Below are positions 55,600 to 64,000 of a DNA stretch of 64,000 nt, piece by piece. The notes beneath the pieces are model-generated. The model had not been told where the DNA came from, did not search any database, and worked only from the letters and a program-made list of their open reading frames with translations. This DNA is from Acetatifactor sp. GTDB lineage: Bacteria; Bacillota; Clostridia; Lachnospirales; Lachnospiraceae. The stretch is from contig JAZQMG010000056.1 in NCBI GenBank assembly GCA_045543175.1, forward strand, positions 58,422 to 122,421, written 5' to 3'. Each line of letters starts with the position of its first letter. The first letter of the stretch is position 1. Position numbers and translations under genes: made by a program.

Positions 55600-57114
55600 C
55601 TACGCTTTGTGACCGCCTATTTGCGCATTCCTGTCTTTCGCTGTAGCCCCTTCCTGCAAATTCATCCCCTTCAGAATCGCATTCTTACCGTATTTTTTCT
55701 TGATATCAAGCACCGCCTGTTGAATGTGCTTCTCCTTTTCAAGTTCAATAGCCTCCTCCTGCCGTTGTCTCTCCAAAGCCTCATAATCCGTGAACAAATC
55801 AAGCTGCTCAGGCACAGGCTCCTCAGATATGGAAGTCTCCTCCACCACATGATTGGCACCAATGGTAATCCTCCGCACCAAAAGATTAAAGTCCACAATT
55901 CTGTCAAAGAGTTCCATTACCGCATCTGTTATCAATCTGGTAGAAGAAGTATGTCTGTCTAAATTAACCGTTCCATGGGCATGCTTGGGAATTTGACGTC
56001 CGTAGGGGTCCGTGGTCACAGGCCCCTTGTACTTTTTTCTGCGTTCAGGGTCTGTAAGATTCTCGATATCATAACCTAAAGTTAATACCATCTGATTAGT
56101 AACCAACCCCTTATCCACCAAATCAAGCACCAGAAGGTCTGTCATCTCCCGCACTACCAGTTTCGTCATATCCGCATCATAGGCACAATGCAATACCTGA
56201 CCGGAACTGATACTGTTACTGGTGGGCTTATAGGCCTTAATCTGTGCAATATTACAGGGTTCCCATCCCCATGCATGGTCAATCAGAAGCTCTGCATTGA
56301 CGCCAAACATCCGATACAGCAAATCCTCCCCATACTCCGAAAGAGAAGTCCCTGCCACATCTCCCATAGTCATAATCCCTTGGGCTTCCAGTTTGGTGGC
56401 ATATCCTTTGCCTACCCGCCAAAAATCTGTTAGGGGTCTGTGATTCCACAAAAGCTTCCGATAGGACATCTCATCAAGCTCTGCAATTCGCACGCCCTGC
56501 TCATCCGCAGGAACATGCTTCGCCACAATATCCATAGCAACCTTGCACAGATACAGATTGGTACCGATGCCTGCCGCCGCCGTGATACCCGTGGTGTCCT
56601 GCACATCCAAAATCATTTTCTGGGCAAGTTGGCGTGCTGTCATCTTATAAGCCTGCAAATAGCTTGTCACATCGATAAATACCTCATCAATGGAATAGAC
56701 ATGTATATCCTCCGGTGCAACATATTTCAAATACACATTGTAAATCTGCGTACTATACTCCATATACAGTGCCATTCGGGGAACAGCGGCAATATAATCA
56801 AGTTCCAGAGACGGGTTCTCTGCCAGTTCTTTTGCATCAACTGACTTTCCTGTAAAGCTATGACCCGGTGCAAGATACCTGCGCTGTGCATTTACCTGCC
56901 GAACCTTCTGCACCACCTCAAACAATCTTGCCCGTCCAGGAATTCCGTAAGCCTTAAGACTGGGCGTAACCGCCAAACAGATAGTCTTCTCCGTGCGGGC
57001 AGCATCCGCCACCACCAGATTGGCGGTCAGAGGGTCCAATCCCCGCTCCTTACATTCAACGGAGGCATAGAAAGACTTTAAATCAATACAGACATACGTA
57101 TGATTCTCCGACAT
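55600..57114 (-). CDS. Y-family translesion DNA polymerase (UvrX/ImpB-like)
   Basis: CIDLKSFYASVE, YSIDE, GIGTN..LCK, IGGHKA terminus. Confidence 0.9.
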   Translation of the reverse strand: MSENHTYVCIDLKSFYASVECKERGLDPLTANLVVADAARTEKTICLAVTPSLKAYGIPGRARLFEVVQKVRQVNAQRRYLAPGHSFTGKSVDAKELAENPSLELDYIAAVPRMALYMEYSTQIYNVYLKYVAPEDIHVYSIDEVFIDVTSYLQAYKMTARQLAQKMILDVQDTTGITAAAGIGTNLYLCKVAMDIVAKHVPADEQGVRIAELDEMSYRKLLWNHRPLTDFWRVGKGYATKLEAQGIMTMGDVAGTSLSEYGEDLLYRMFGVNAELLIDHAWGWEPCNIAQIKAYKPTSNSISSGQVLHCAYDADMTKLVVREMTDLLVLDLVDKGLVTNQMVLTLGYDIENLTDPERRKKYKGPVTTDPYGRQIPKHAHGTVNLDRHTSSTRLITDAVMELFDRIVDFNLLVRRITIGANHVVEETSISEEPVPEQLDLFTDYEALERQRQEEAIELEKEKHIQQAVLDIKKKYGKNAILKGMNLQEGATAKDRNAQIGGHKA

Positions 57115-57116
57115 TT

Positions 57117-57680
57117 CTACACCTCCAGTGATTTGTTATACCGTTGACACAACTGCATCACTTCTATGATTTCTGCATCTGTTATCCCATGACACAACGC
57201 AACATCCGGTCCGTCACTTATTTCAAAAATCAGGCAGCTTGTAGCAACCTTACCACTGTAATCCATCTGCTTGTACATCCGCACAATACTGCTATATTCA
57301 AACACAGCATTGCCGGGAGCAATTACGAATCTGTCCGTGAAATATACTGTGGTTCCGGGCATGAAATTACTATACTTTTTTACCGTCGACTGTTTCACAT
57401 GAGCAATCAGATAATCATCACCATAACGCTTAATGGCTGCTCTAAGCCCCTGCCCCAGCTTAAAATAACTGTACAACAGATGACCACCAATCAGTCCAAA
57501 ATATCCCCATATAAACACCATGCCAATCAATATCACAATAATGGGCGGACCGCCATCGATACATACCAGACACACATTCAAAATAACTGCCAACAGGATA
57601 AAAAACAACCCACCAAACAATCCTGCTTTGGATTGTTTTATCCTAATGTTCTCTGTCTTATTTACTTCACCAAGTCCCAT
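57117..57680 (-). CDS. Hypothetical membrane protein (2 TMs plus small beta domain)
   Basis: Fills the gap between azlD and the polymerase; two hydrophobic segments; start uncertain. Confidence 0.6.
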   Translation of the reverse strand: MGLGEVNKTENIRIKQSKAGLFGGLFFILLAVILNVCLVCIDGGPPIIVILIGMVFIWGYFGLIGGHLLYSYFKLGQGLRAAIKRYGDDYLIAHVKQSTVKKYSNFMPGTTVYFTDRFVIAPGNAVFEYSSIVRMYKQMDYSGKVATSCLIFEISDGPDVALCHGITDAEIIEVMQLCQRYNKSLEV

Positions 57681-57699
57681 CTTCTTCCTATCCTCATAC

Positions 57700-58026
57700 C
57701 TAAAACACCACCTGCACCAACACCATATAGCACGCCGTACCGCAGACAATGCTCACAAGGGTATTTCTCTTCCACACATACAAAGCTCCCACTACCAGAC
57801 ACGCAATCAGCGAAGGTACAAAACCTGCCGCACTGGTAAAGGTCACACCTTTCAGACAATATACCACCAACATTCCCATGATGGCATAGGGAAGAATTTT
57901 ACCAAGCTTCTGTATGATTTGGGGCGTCTTTTTGTCTCCTCCAAGCACGAGAAAAGGCAAAAAACGCAGGGCTGCTGTCACCAGTGCCATCACTGCCACC
58001 GCATACCAAATATGTATCTCAGTCAT
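57700..58026 (-). CDS. azlD: Branched-chain amino acid exporter small subunit
   Basis: LRFLPF, LPYAIMGMLVVYCLK, KRNTLVSI. Confidence 0.88.
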   Translation of the reverse strand: MTEIHIWYAVAVMALVTAALRFLPFLVLGGDKKTPQIIQKLGKILPYAIMGMLVVYCLKGVTFTSAAGFVPSLIACLVVGALYVWKRNTLVSIVCGTACYMVLVQVVF

Positions 58027-58702
58027 TTTCGGGTACCTCCTTGTACAAACATAACAACAGCGCAATAATTAACATCGTGGGAATCAGAAAACTCTCACTT
58101 CCGAAAATCACCAGACAGACCACAGAAACCAGCACACCGATAATTGCCGGTGCATGCTTTTTGGTCGTCAGCCACTGTTCAAGGAATACCGTAACAAAAA
58201 GTGCCGTCAAGGCAAAGTCAATTCCCTCACTATTAAATTTCACAAGAGAACCTACTACCACACCAAGCACAGAACCTGTAATCCAATAGATATGATCAAA
58301 CAAGGATACAAACAGGTAATAATCCTTGCGCTTTTCCTCCGGGATATTGGGATTGTCACTACATACCAGAGAATAGGTTTCATCCGTCAGTGCAAATATC
58401 AGATAAGGCTTTCTTTTCCCAGTGTTTTTGTACCTGTCAATCATGGATATTCCATAAAACAGATGCCTTGCATTGACCATCAGAGTAGTCAATGCCACAG
58501 TTAATAAGGATGCCCCTCCTGTAAACAAACCAATCGCCACATACTGCATAGAGCCTGCATATATCAAAAGACTCATCAAGAAAGCGTGTAGCAGTCCATA
58601 TCCGTTGACCTTGATTATAATACCAAAACCAAAGCCCAACACCAAGTATCCTGTCAGCACAGGCAACGTATCCACCAATGCTGTTTTTATTATCTTCTTC
58701 AT
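58019..58702 (-). CDS. azlC: Branched-chain amino acid exporter permease
   Basis: YAGSMQY, VNARHLFYG, LTDETYS, GIDFALTALF. Confidence 0.9.
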   Translation of the reverse strand: MKKIIKTALVDTLPVLTGYLVLGFGFGIIIKVNGYGLLHAFLMSLLIYAGSMQYVAIGLFTGGASLLTVALTTLMVNARHLFYGISMIDRYKNTGKRKPYLIFALTDETYSLVCSDNPNIPEEKRKDYYLFVSLFDHIYWITGSVLGVVVGSLVKFNSEGIDFALTALFVTVFLEQWLTTKKHAPAIIGVLVSVVCLVIFGSESFLIPTMLIIALLLCLYKEVPEND

Positions 58703-58763
58703 TTCATTATTTCTCTTTCATGCCATTTCATACGTTGCATTTTGTCAGTATAGAAAAAAGTTA

Positions 58764-59381
58764 CTATCTGATAAAGTTTGTACGCACGAGTCCTTCCTTC
58801 TCAGGCAATCCATAAGCTTCCTTACCAAGCTTGATACTCTTCATCAGAAAACTCATATTTCTGGCCAAAGTGCGCATGGTCTGCATACCTTCCTCATCCT
58901 TAGCAGCTTCCCCCGGCCCGCGACCGTGAACGCTGTTCCAATACTGGCTTGAGGCAATTGGCATTCCACTGATCGTAAAATACTTATTTAACTGGTCGAA
59001 TGTAGCAGACAAACCACCGCGCCTTGCCGCTACCACACTTGCGCCTACCTTCATGGTTTTGTCACAATGTGCAGAGTAGAATAAACGGTCCAAAAATGCA
59101 ATTAAGGTTCCATTGGCAGAAGCATAATAAACCGGACTTCCTACCACAATACCGTCACACTCCGCAAACTCCTTGGCACATTCATTTACCACATCGTCAA
59201 ACACACACTTGCCAAGCTCACTGCATCTGCCGCAGCCAATACAGCCTCTGACATCAAGATGTCCCACCTGCACAACGACCGTATCAATTCCTTCTTCTGC
59301 AAAAATTTTCTCCATTTCCTTCAAAGCAAGAGCCGTGTTTCCCCCTGCTCTGGGACTTCCGTTAATCATTAATACTTTCAT
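58764..59381 (-). CDS. Flavodoxin-fold iron-sulfur flavoprotein / NADPH-dependent FMN reductase
   Basis: INGSPR..GNT, CIGCGRC..C, GSPVY. Confidence 0.88.
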   Translation of the reverse strand: MKVLMINGSPRAGGNTALALKEMEKIFAEEGIDTVVVQVGHLDVRGCIGCGRCSELGKCVFDDVVNECAKEFAECDGIVVGSPVYYASANGTLIAFLDRLFYSAHCDKTMKVGASVVAARRGGLSATFDQLNKYFTISGMPIASSQYWNSVHGRGPGEAAKDEEGMQTMRTLARNMSFLMKSIKLGKEAYGLPEKEGLVRTNFIR

Positions 59382-59422
59382 TGCTATCTTAGCTCCTTAC
59401 AATATTTGAATTATCTTACATC

Positions 59423-59640
59423 TTATTTCTGCAATTCCACCACAACAATTTCCGACCTGTTATTCACTCTTACCGGATTAATACTGTTACCTACACCTCG
59501 GCTAACTACCATAGTAGTTGTTCCTTCCGTATACACTCCTGCATCATATTCCTCGCCAAGCCATGCCTCATGGTTCCCTGTTATATAATAACAGGGTGCA
59601 ATATCCACAGCCTTCTGCGCAAACTCTTCCGTTTCTCCAT
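59423..59640 (-). pseudogene. Deleted remnant of YkuE/YaeI-type metallophosphoesterase
   Basis: APCYYITGNHE is fused directly to YDAG..VSRGVG..PVR.NNRSEIVV; the DxH, GD and GHxH motifs are absent. Confidence 0.75.
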
Positions 59641-59657
59641 CTTTAATTCCAAGTTCT

Positions 59658-59837
59658 CTACTCCCTTGTAACCGGAGTGACAACAGGCTTGCCATCTCTG
59701 TCCAAAAGAGGTGTCATACCACCAGAATAACCGGAAGCATGAAACAAATAGTTTACGCCGGTCTCCTTATCTACCCAAATCTCGGTCACGTTCACCGCTC
59801 CCTGAGAATATACCTTTTCAAATCTTTCCTTCGCCAT
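59658..59837 (-). CDS. 59-aa small protein (recalled as DUF6440-like)
   Basis: MAKERFEKVYSQG...VDKETGVNYL...GGMTPLLDRDGKP; AGGAG RBS; below the ORF track cutoff. Confidence 0.8.
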   Translation of the reverse strand: MAKERFEKVYSQGAVNVTEIWVDKETGVNYLFHASGYSGGMTPLLDRDGKPVVTPVTRE

Positions 59838-59857
59838 TTTACATACTCCTTTTCATT

Positions 59858-60493
59858 TTATGATTCCGGTTGCCTTCCCAAATCTCTCGGTTTGCCGCCA
59901 TTTGCTTTAATTGCCTGACGCCACCCCATCTGTGCAGCCACCTTATACATCGCTCTGGGGAATCCCACTGACACGTAGGCATTTTCCCCTGACTCCCCGC
60001 CTAGAGCCTGCTCTGCCATCCTATGCAATGCTTTTTCTATATTCGCTTTAGGCCCTTTTCCCGGCTCCATCTTGGGCATCATGGCAAGACTTCCGCCTCC
60101 ACCGACGCCCACACCGCTTCCCCAGCTATAACCGACTTTATCACTCCAGTTTTGCAGGATTTTTAGTGCAAGTTCTGCCTGAATGCCCTCATAAAATCCA
60201 CAGTTTACAATACCATAGATATGCACTTGTGGTCTTTGCAGACGAGCTTCCTCCAACTGTGTCAGACATGCAAGCAAATGTCCCGGAATACCATCCACAT
60301 AAAGGGGATAAGAAAATATCCACGCATCTGCCTCTCCCAATTCTTCCAATGTCTTTTCCGGCAATACCGATGTATGAAATCCGATTTCTACAATCTCCGC
60401 CTTATCTTCAAAATAGTATTTTAAATCATCTAGCAAAGCTCCACTGGCACTATCTTTTCTCTTCGGGCTACCATTGATCAGTACAATTCTCAT
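59858..60493 (-). CDS. Flavodoxin-like protein
   Basis: INGSPK...S, FSYPLYVDGIP, IVNCGFYEG. Confidence 0.8.
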   Translation of the reverse strand: MRIVLINGSPKRKDSASGALLDDLKYYFEDKAEIVEIGFHTSVLPEKTLEELGEADAWIFSYPLYVDGIPGHLLACLTQLEEARLQRPQVHIYGIVNCGFYEGIQAELALKILQNWSDKVGYSWGSGVGVGGGGSLAMMPKMEPGKGPKANIEKALHRMAEQALGGESGENAYVSVGFPRAMYKVAAQMGWRQAIKANGGKPRDLGRQPES

Positions 60494-60978
60494 AATGTCA
60501 AGCCCTCCAGTTCCTGTATTGTATTATAAAAACACACTTTCTTCACCATACCTTCAAAATTATCTGCATTAGCTTCCAAAAGTCCGTTTGCAGTCTCTTT
60601 TTCCGCTGCTGTAATATCCTCTCCGTAATAGTATGCAGACAGCGTAATCACATTTTTATATCTGCGTTTATGATGCATTTCACCCTTGGAAATCACAAAA
60701 TCCGGATGCACGTATGAAATCGCCCTGTCCAATAGCATTTTGACCGAAGGACTGGGACTACCATAACAGCATTTACTAACCAGAATCATTTCCGAGCATT
60801 TGCTCATATCAATTCCCATTCCTTCGTATCCATCATGAATCACACATTTTCCAGGCGTTTTGACCCAACAACCAAAGCAACCTATACAATGACGGATATC
60901 CCCCTTTGGCTTAATTACCTTATGTTCCCCCTCTACCGGAATATTGAATTCTTCCAAATCTGTAATAATCAACTTCAT
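60490..60978 (-). CDS. Flavodoxin-family Fe-S protein
   Basis: CIGCFGCWVKTPGKCV..D; YGS.S..K..DR; GEMHH. Confidence 0.8.
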   Translation of the reverse strand: MKLIITDLEEFNIPVEGEHKVIKPKGDIRHCIGCFGCWVKTPGKCVIHDGYEGMGIDMSKCSEMILVSKCCYGSPSPSVKMLLDRAISYVHPDFVISKGEMHHKRRYKNVITLSAYYYGEDITAAEKETANGLLEANADNFEGMVKKVCFYNTIQELEGLTL

Positions 60979-61006
60979 AGTGTTACATTCCTTTTCTCCT
61001 CTGTAA

Positions 61007-62401
61007 TTATCCCAACTGCATCACATTAATCAAAAGTACCCACGCCAGTCCATAGTAGGAAATAACCGCCACCAAGTCATTGATGGTGGTAATCAGGGGA
61101 CCTGATGCCACCGCAGGGTCAATCTTAAGCTTGTTAAAGAATATCGGCACAAGGGTTCCCACCATACTGGAAATAATCATGGCAATCAACAAAGCAATTC
61201 CCACACAGCCAGACACCGCAAAAGAAAACAGCACATCATACCCCTTAAACAGCCACACATATAAACCGATAAACCCAAAGGATACAAGCCCCAAGAGCAG
61301 ACCGTTGCACAAGCCTACCCGCATCTCCTTGAAAATCAACTGTACTTTCTGGGCAGTTACCAGATTCTCATCCATCAGCACACGAATGGTTACTGCCAGT
61401 GACTGGGTTCCCACATTACCTGCCATACCTAATATCAATGACTGAAAACAGACAATGACAGCAATCTGGTCTACCACTGCCTCAAACATACCTACGACTG
61501 CAGACACGCCGATGCCCAGTCCCAACAAAACAATCAGCCAAGGCAGACGTTTTCTCATACTGTCCTTCAAAGGCTCATTCAAATCCTCTTCTGCTGTCAG
61601 ACCTGCCAACATCGCATAGTCCTCACCCATTTCATCATCCACAACCTCGATGATGTCCTGTGCTGTGATAACACCCAGAATACGATTTTTATCATCCAGA
61701 ACCGGAATGGAGTCCTCCGCATAGTCTTTGATTTTCTCCAGAGTATCCGACACCTTATCTCTGTCATATACATACGGATACGCCTGACTGATGAAGTCCT
61801 CCAAATCCGCATGCTCCCTTGCCACTATCAGATCCTTCAGGTCCATGGCTCCATAAAAGGAACCATCCTCATTACACACGTATACCGTATAGATATTATC
61901 ATTCTCCTCAGCCTGAGTAATCATTTCCTTCATGGCCCGACGCACGGTAAGCCCTTTCTTAATACATATGAAATTGGTAGTCATTTTACTACCCATTTCA
62001 TCCTCATCATAGGACTGAATCAGACGAATATCCCGGCTGCTTTCGTCATCCATAAGACTGACAAGCTTCTCCCCGATTTCATCATCCATTTTCTCCAAAA
62101 CGTCAACCGCATCATCAGAGTCCATATTCTCGATAATTTCAGCCGCTGTCTCCAACTCCAACTCTTCAAAATAAGGAGCTGCGTCTTCCAAATAAGCCAG
62201 AATCTCTGATGTGCGTTCTGCTCCCCATGCACTGTACAGAGCAACTCGTTCTTCCTTGGTCAGAACCTCTAAAGCCTCCGCAATATCATTCTCATGATAT
62301 TCCTCCAAAAGCTCCAAAAGCTTTTCTACTTCCTTGGTTTCGTGGATCAAGTTCACGATTTCCTCTACATAGTTAGTCTGCTTGAAATCCATTTCCACCA
62401 C
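61007..62401 (-). CDS. mgtE: Magnesium transporter MgtE
   Basis: N-domain, CBS pair, RLPWL, GNVGTQS, DPAVASGPLITTIND. Confidence 0.93.
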   Translation of the reverse strand: MVEMDFKQTNYVEEIVNLIHETKEVEKLLELLEEYHENDIAEALEVLTKEERVALYSAWGAERTSEILAYLEDAAPYFEELELETAAEIIENMDSDDAVDVLEKMDDEIGEKLVSLMDDESSRDIRLIQSYDEDEMGSKMTTNFICIKKGLTVRRAMKEMITQAEENDNIYTVYVCNEDGSFYGAMDLKDLIVAREHADLEDFISQAYPYVYDRDKVSDTLEKIKDYAEDSIPVLDDKNRILGVITAQDIIEVVDDEMGEDYAMLAGLTAEEDLNEPLKDSMRKRLPWLIVLLGLGIGVSAVVGMFEAVVDQIAVIVCFQSLILGMAGNVGTQSLAVTIRVLMDENLVTAQKVQLIFKEMRVGLCNGLLLGLVSFGFIGLYVWLFKGYDVLFSFAVSGCVGIALLIAMIISSMVGTLVPIFFNKLKIDPAVASGPLITTINDLVAVISYYGLAWVLLINVMQLG

Positions 62402-62444
62402 TTCCTCTCCAAAAATTAAAATACTTTACTCATTACTTTAACCA

Positions 62445-63842
62445 TTAAATTGACTGGGTATTCTCTACAATTTTCCCAACACTTTCCTTATAGTCTGTCA
62501 TGGCATCTACAATAGCTTCCACGGCATTCCTATTGGTATGAGAACTGCTTTGCATATCTGCCACCCTCTGATTTAGAGTTTCAAAAATATAGTCAATTTG
62601 ACTTACATTGCTGTTTTGCTGCTCAATGTTCTCATACAGAGCATTAAACTGTTGCGCCAAACGCTCAAAGCTATCTGAAAGCTCTCCCATCGTCTTCTTA
62701 GAGCGATTAAGTGCTTCCTCGCTTCCGTCCACTCTCTCTGAAGTTTCCTCTACCCTCGCCATAAGCTCCTTCAAGACCTCTTCTACCTGACCTGAAAATT
62801 TGCTACTATTTTCAGACAAATCCCTCATTTCAGAAGCCAACACCTCAAATCCTGCGCCTGCTTCTCCTGCTCGTGCAGACTCCACTGCTGCATTAAGAGA
62901 CAACAAGGTTAATTTAAATGAAATATCATTAATCTGCTTGGCAATCCCTGCAATTTCCTGCATCTGATCTTCCATGGTGCGAAATACTGCCCCTGAACTG
63001 CTGATAATATCACTTACAGACTCCATCTGCGCGCTCATGGCCTCCATGTTCCTACGGTTATCCATAAGCACCTCTTCGAATTGCTTCACATCCCCATTAA
63101 GCAGACCAATTTGTTCTCCGGTCTCTTTGATTTTGTCACGAACCACATTACAACTGTCAGACACCTCTCCTGCCTCTCGGGCAATAGAATCAGAACCCTC
63201 CTGCAATCCATGGGTGCTGACCTCTATCCGCGCAGAGGACTCTTCAAAATCCTGCTGTAAATGAACTCCCATAGCCCTGACAGACTCTAACAGCTTCTCA
63301 GACTCCCTTGCCCGCTCCTCACTGATCTCGATAAATGCCCGACCACGCTTGATAACCAGATAGAACAATACCGCTGCAAGCGTAAACACCGCCGCACACA
63401 AAATATACTGTCCCGGACTCTCCGCCTTTTCAGGATGCACCAGATACATAATCACCAGACAGATATCCACCAAAACAAACTGTGTTCGGGTAAATGCCGG
63501 TTCCAAATACATACCTGTCAGGGCAATCACAGCCAAATACAAGGAAAAATCATCACTGTACGACGCACCACTATTAAGCGAAATTGCACAGACCAATATG
63601 GGAAGTGCCACTGCCAGTACATACTCCCTGACATACAGGCGCACATCTCGTAGCTTCATAAAAATCAACAAACCGCCAAATACCACCAGACAAACACCTA
63701 TAGTAACCATTGCCGCCCAGTTGTCCGATGTTAAATTCTTGACAAAGAAAGCTGCTGACACCACAATTGGCAGCCACTGCATTACTTTGTATATTGTTTC
63801 ATGCGACATCATTTTCTTGGACTCTTTGCTATTCATTCCCAT
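62445..63842 (-). CDS. Methyl-accepting chemotaxis protein with integral-membrane sensor domain
   Basis: About 5-6 TMs, then LLSLNAAVESARAGEAGAGFEVLASEMRDLS hairpin tip. Confidence 0.88.
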   Translation of the reverse strand: MGMNSKESKKMMSHETIYKVMQWLPIVVSAAFFVKNLTSDNWAAMVTIGVCLVVFGGLLIFMKLRDVRLYVREYVLAVALPILVCAISLNSGASYSDDFSLYLAVIALTGMYLEPAFTRTQFVLVDICLVIMYLVHPEKAESPGQYILCAAVFTLAAVLFYLVIKRGRAFIEISEERARESEKLLESVRAMGVHLQQDFEESSARIEVSTHGLQEGSDSIAREAGEVSDSCNVVRDKIKETGEQIGLLNGDVKQFEEVLMDNRRNMEAMSAQMESVSDIISSSGAVFRTMEDQMQEIAGIAKQINDISFKLTLLSLNAAVESARAGEAGAGFEVLASEMRDLSENSSKFSGQVEEVLKELMARVEETSERVDGSEEALNRSKKTMGELSDSFERLAQQFNALYENIEQQNSNVSQIDYIFETLNQRVADMQSSSHTNRNAVEAIVDAMTDYKESVGKIVENTQSI

Positions 63843-63868
63843 ACTTCGCAACCTCTCTGATTTACTTA

Positions 63869-64000
63869 TCATTCGTCACTGATACCCTTCATCATCTCTG
63901 CAATTTTAATCTGTTGAGGACAAACCTTTTCACAGCTTTTGCATCCCACACATGCCGAGGGACGTTTATCCTCCGGAACATCCGCCAATGCCGTAGCCAA
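63869..64000 (-). CDS. C-terminus of aldo/keto reductase-like protein with 4Fe-4S dicluster tail (partial)
   Basis: ...KRPSACVGCKSCEKVCPQQIKIAEMMKGISDE*; enters from the window end. Confidence 0.7.
   Translation of the reverse strand: MATALADVPEDKRPSACVGCKSCEKVCPQQIKIAEMMKGISDE

Overview
This is a chromosomal window from a low-GC Firmicute. Gene content and sporulation genes point to Lachnospiraceae/Clostridia (inference). About 55 CDSs are present, mostly on the minus strand. Housekeeping and metabolic genes include typA, dapA-dapB under a lysine riboswitch, class III fbp, His6-type hisA, a Cys-less purF, a cobO-like gene, mgtE, azlCD, a SleC-like cortex hydrolase, and a Y-family polymerase with YolD. 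Transporters (three ABC systems, OPT, DMT, ECF-S), c-di-GMP enzymes and an MCP are also present. I see no tRNA, rRNA, CRISPR array, integrase or transposase. Best leads: (1) a tight four-gene unknown operon (43740-50727) built around a catalytically degenerate Hsp70-fold protein, a 1195-aa Ig/TPR-like protein, a TPR protein and a membrane coiled-coil protein; (2) a CUT1-type ABC importer with a Mollicutes-like binding protein beside a tandem-OB-fold lipoprotein, possibly for nucleic-acid scavenging; (3) a ~2260-codon GH53 galactanase interrupted by one in-frame TAG at a conserved Lys; (4) two ~40-bp-stem hairpins after typA, unannotated small ORFs, and several operator arrays. All family calls come from motif recognition by eye, not database searches.
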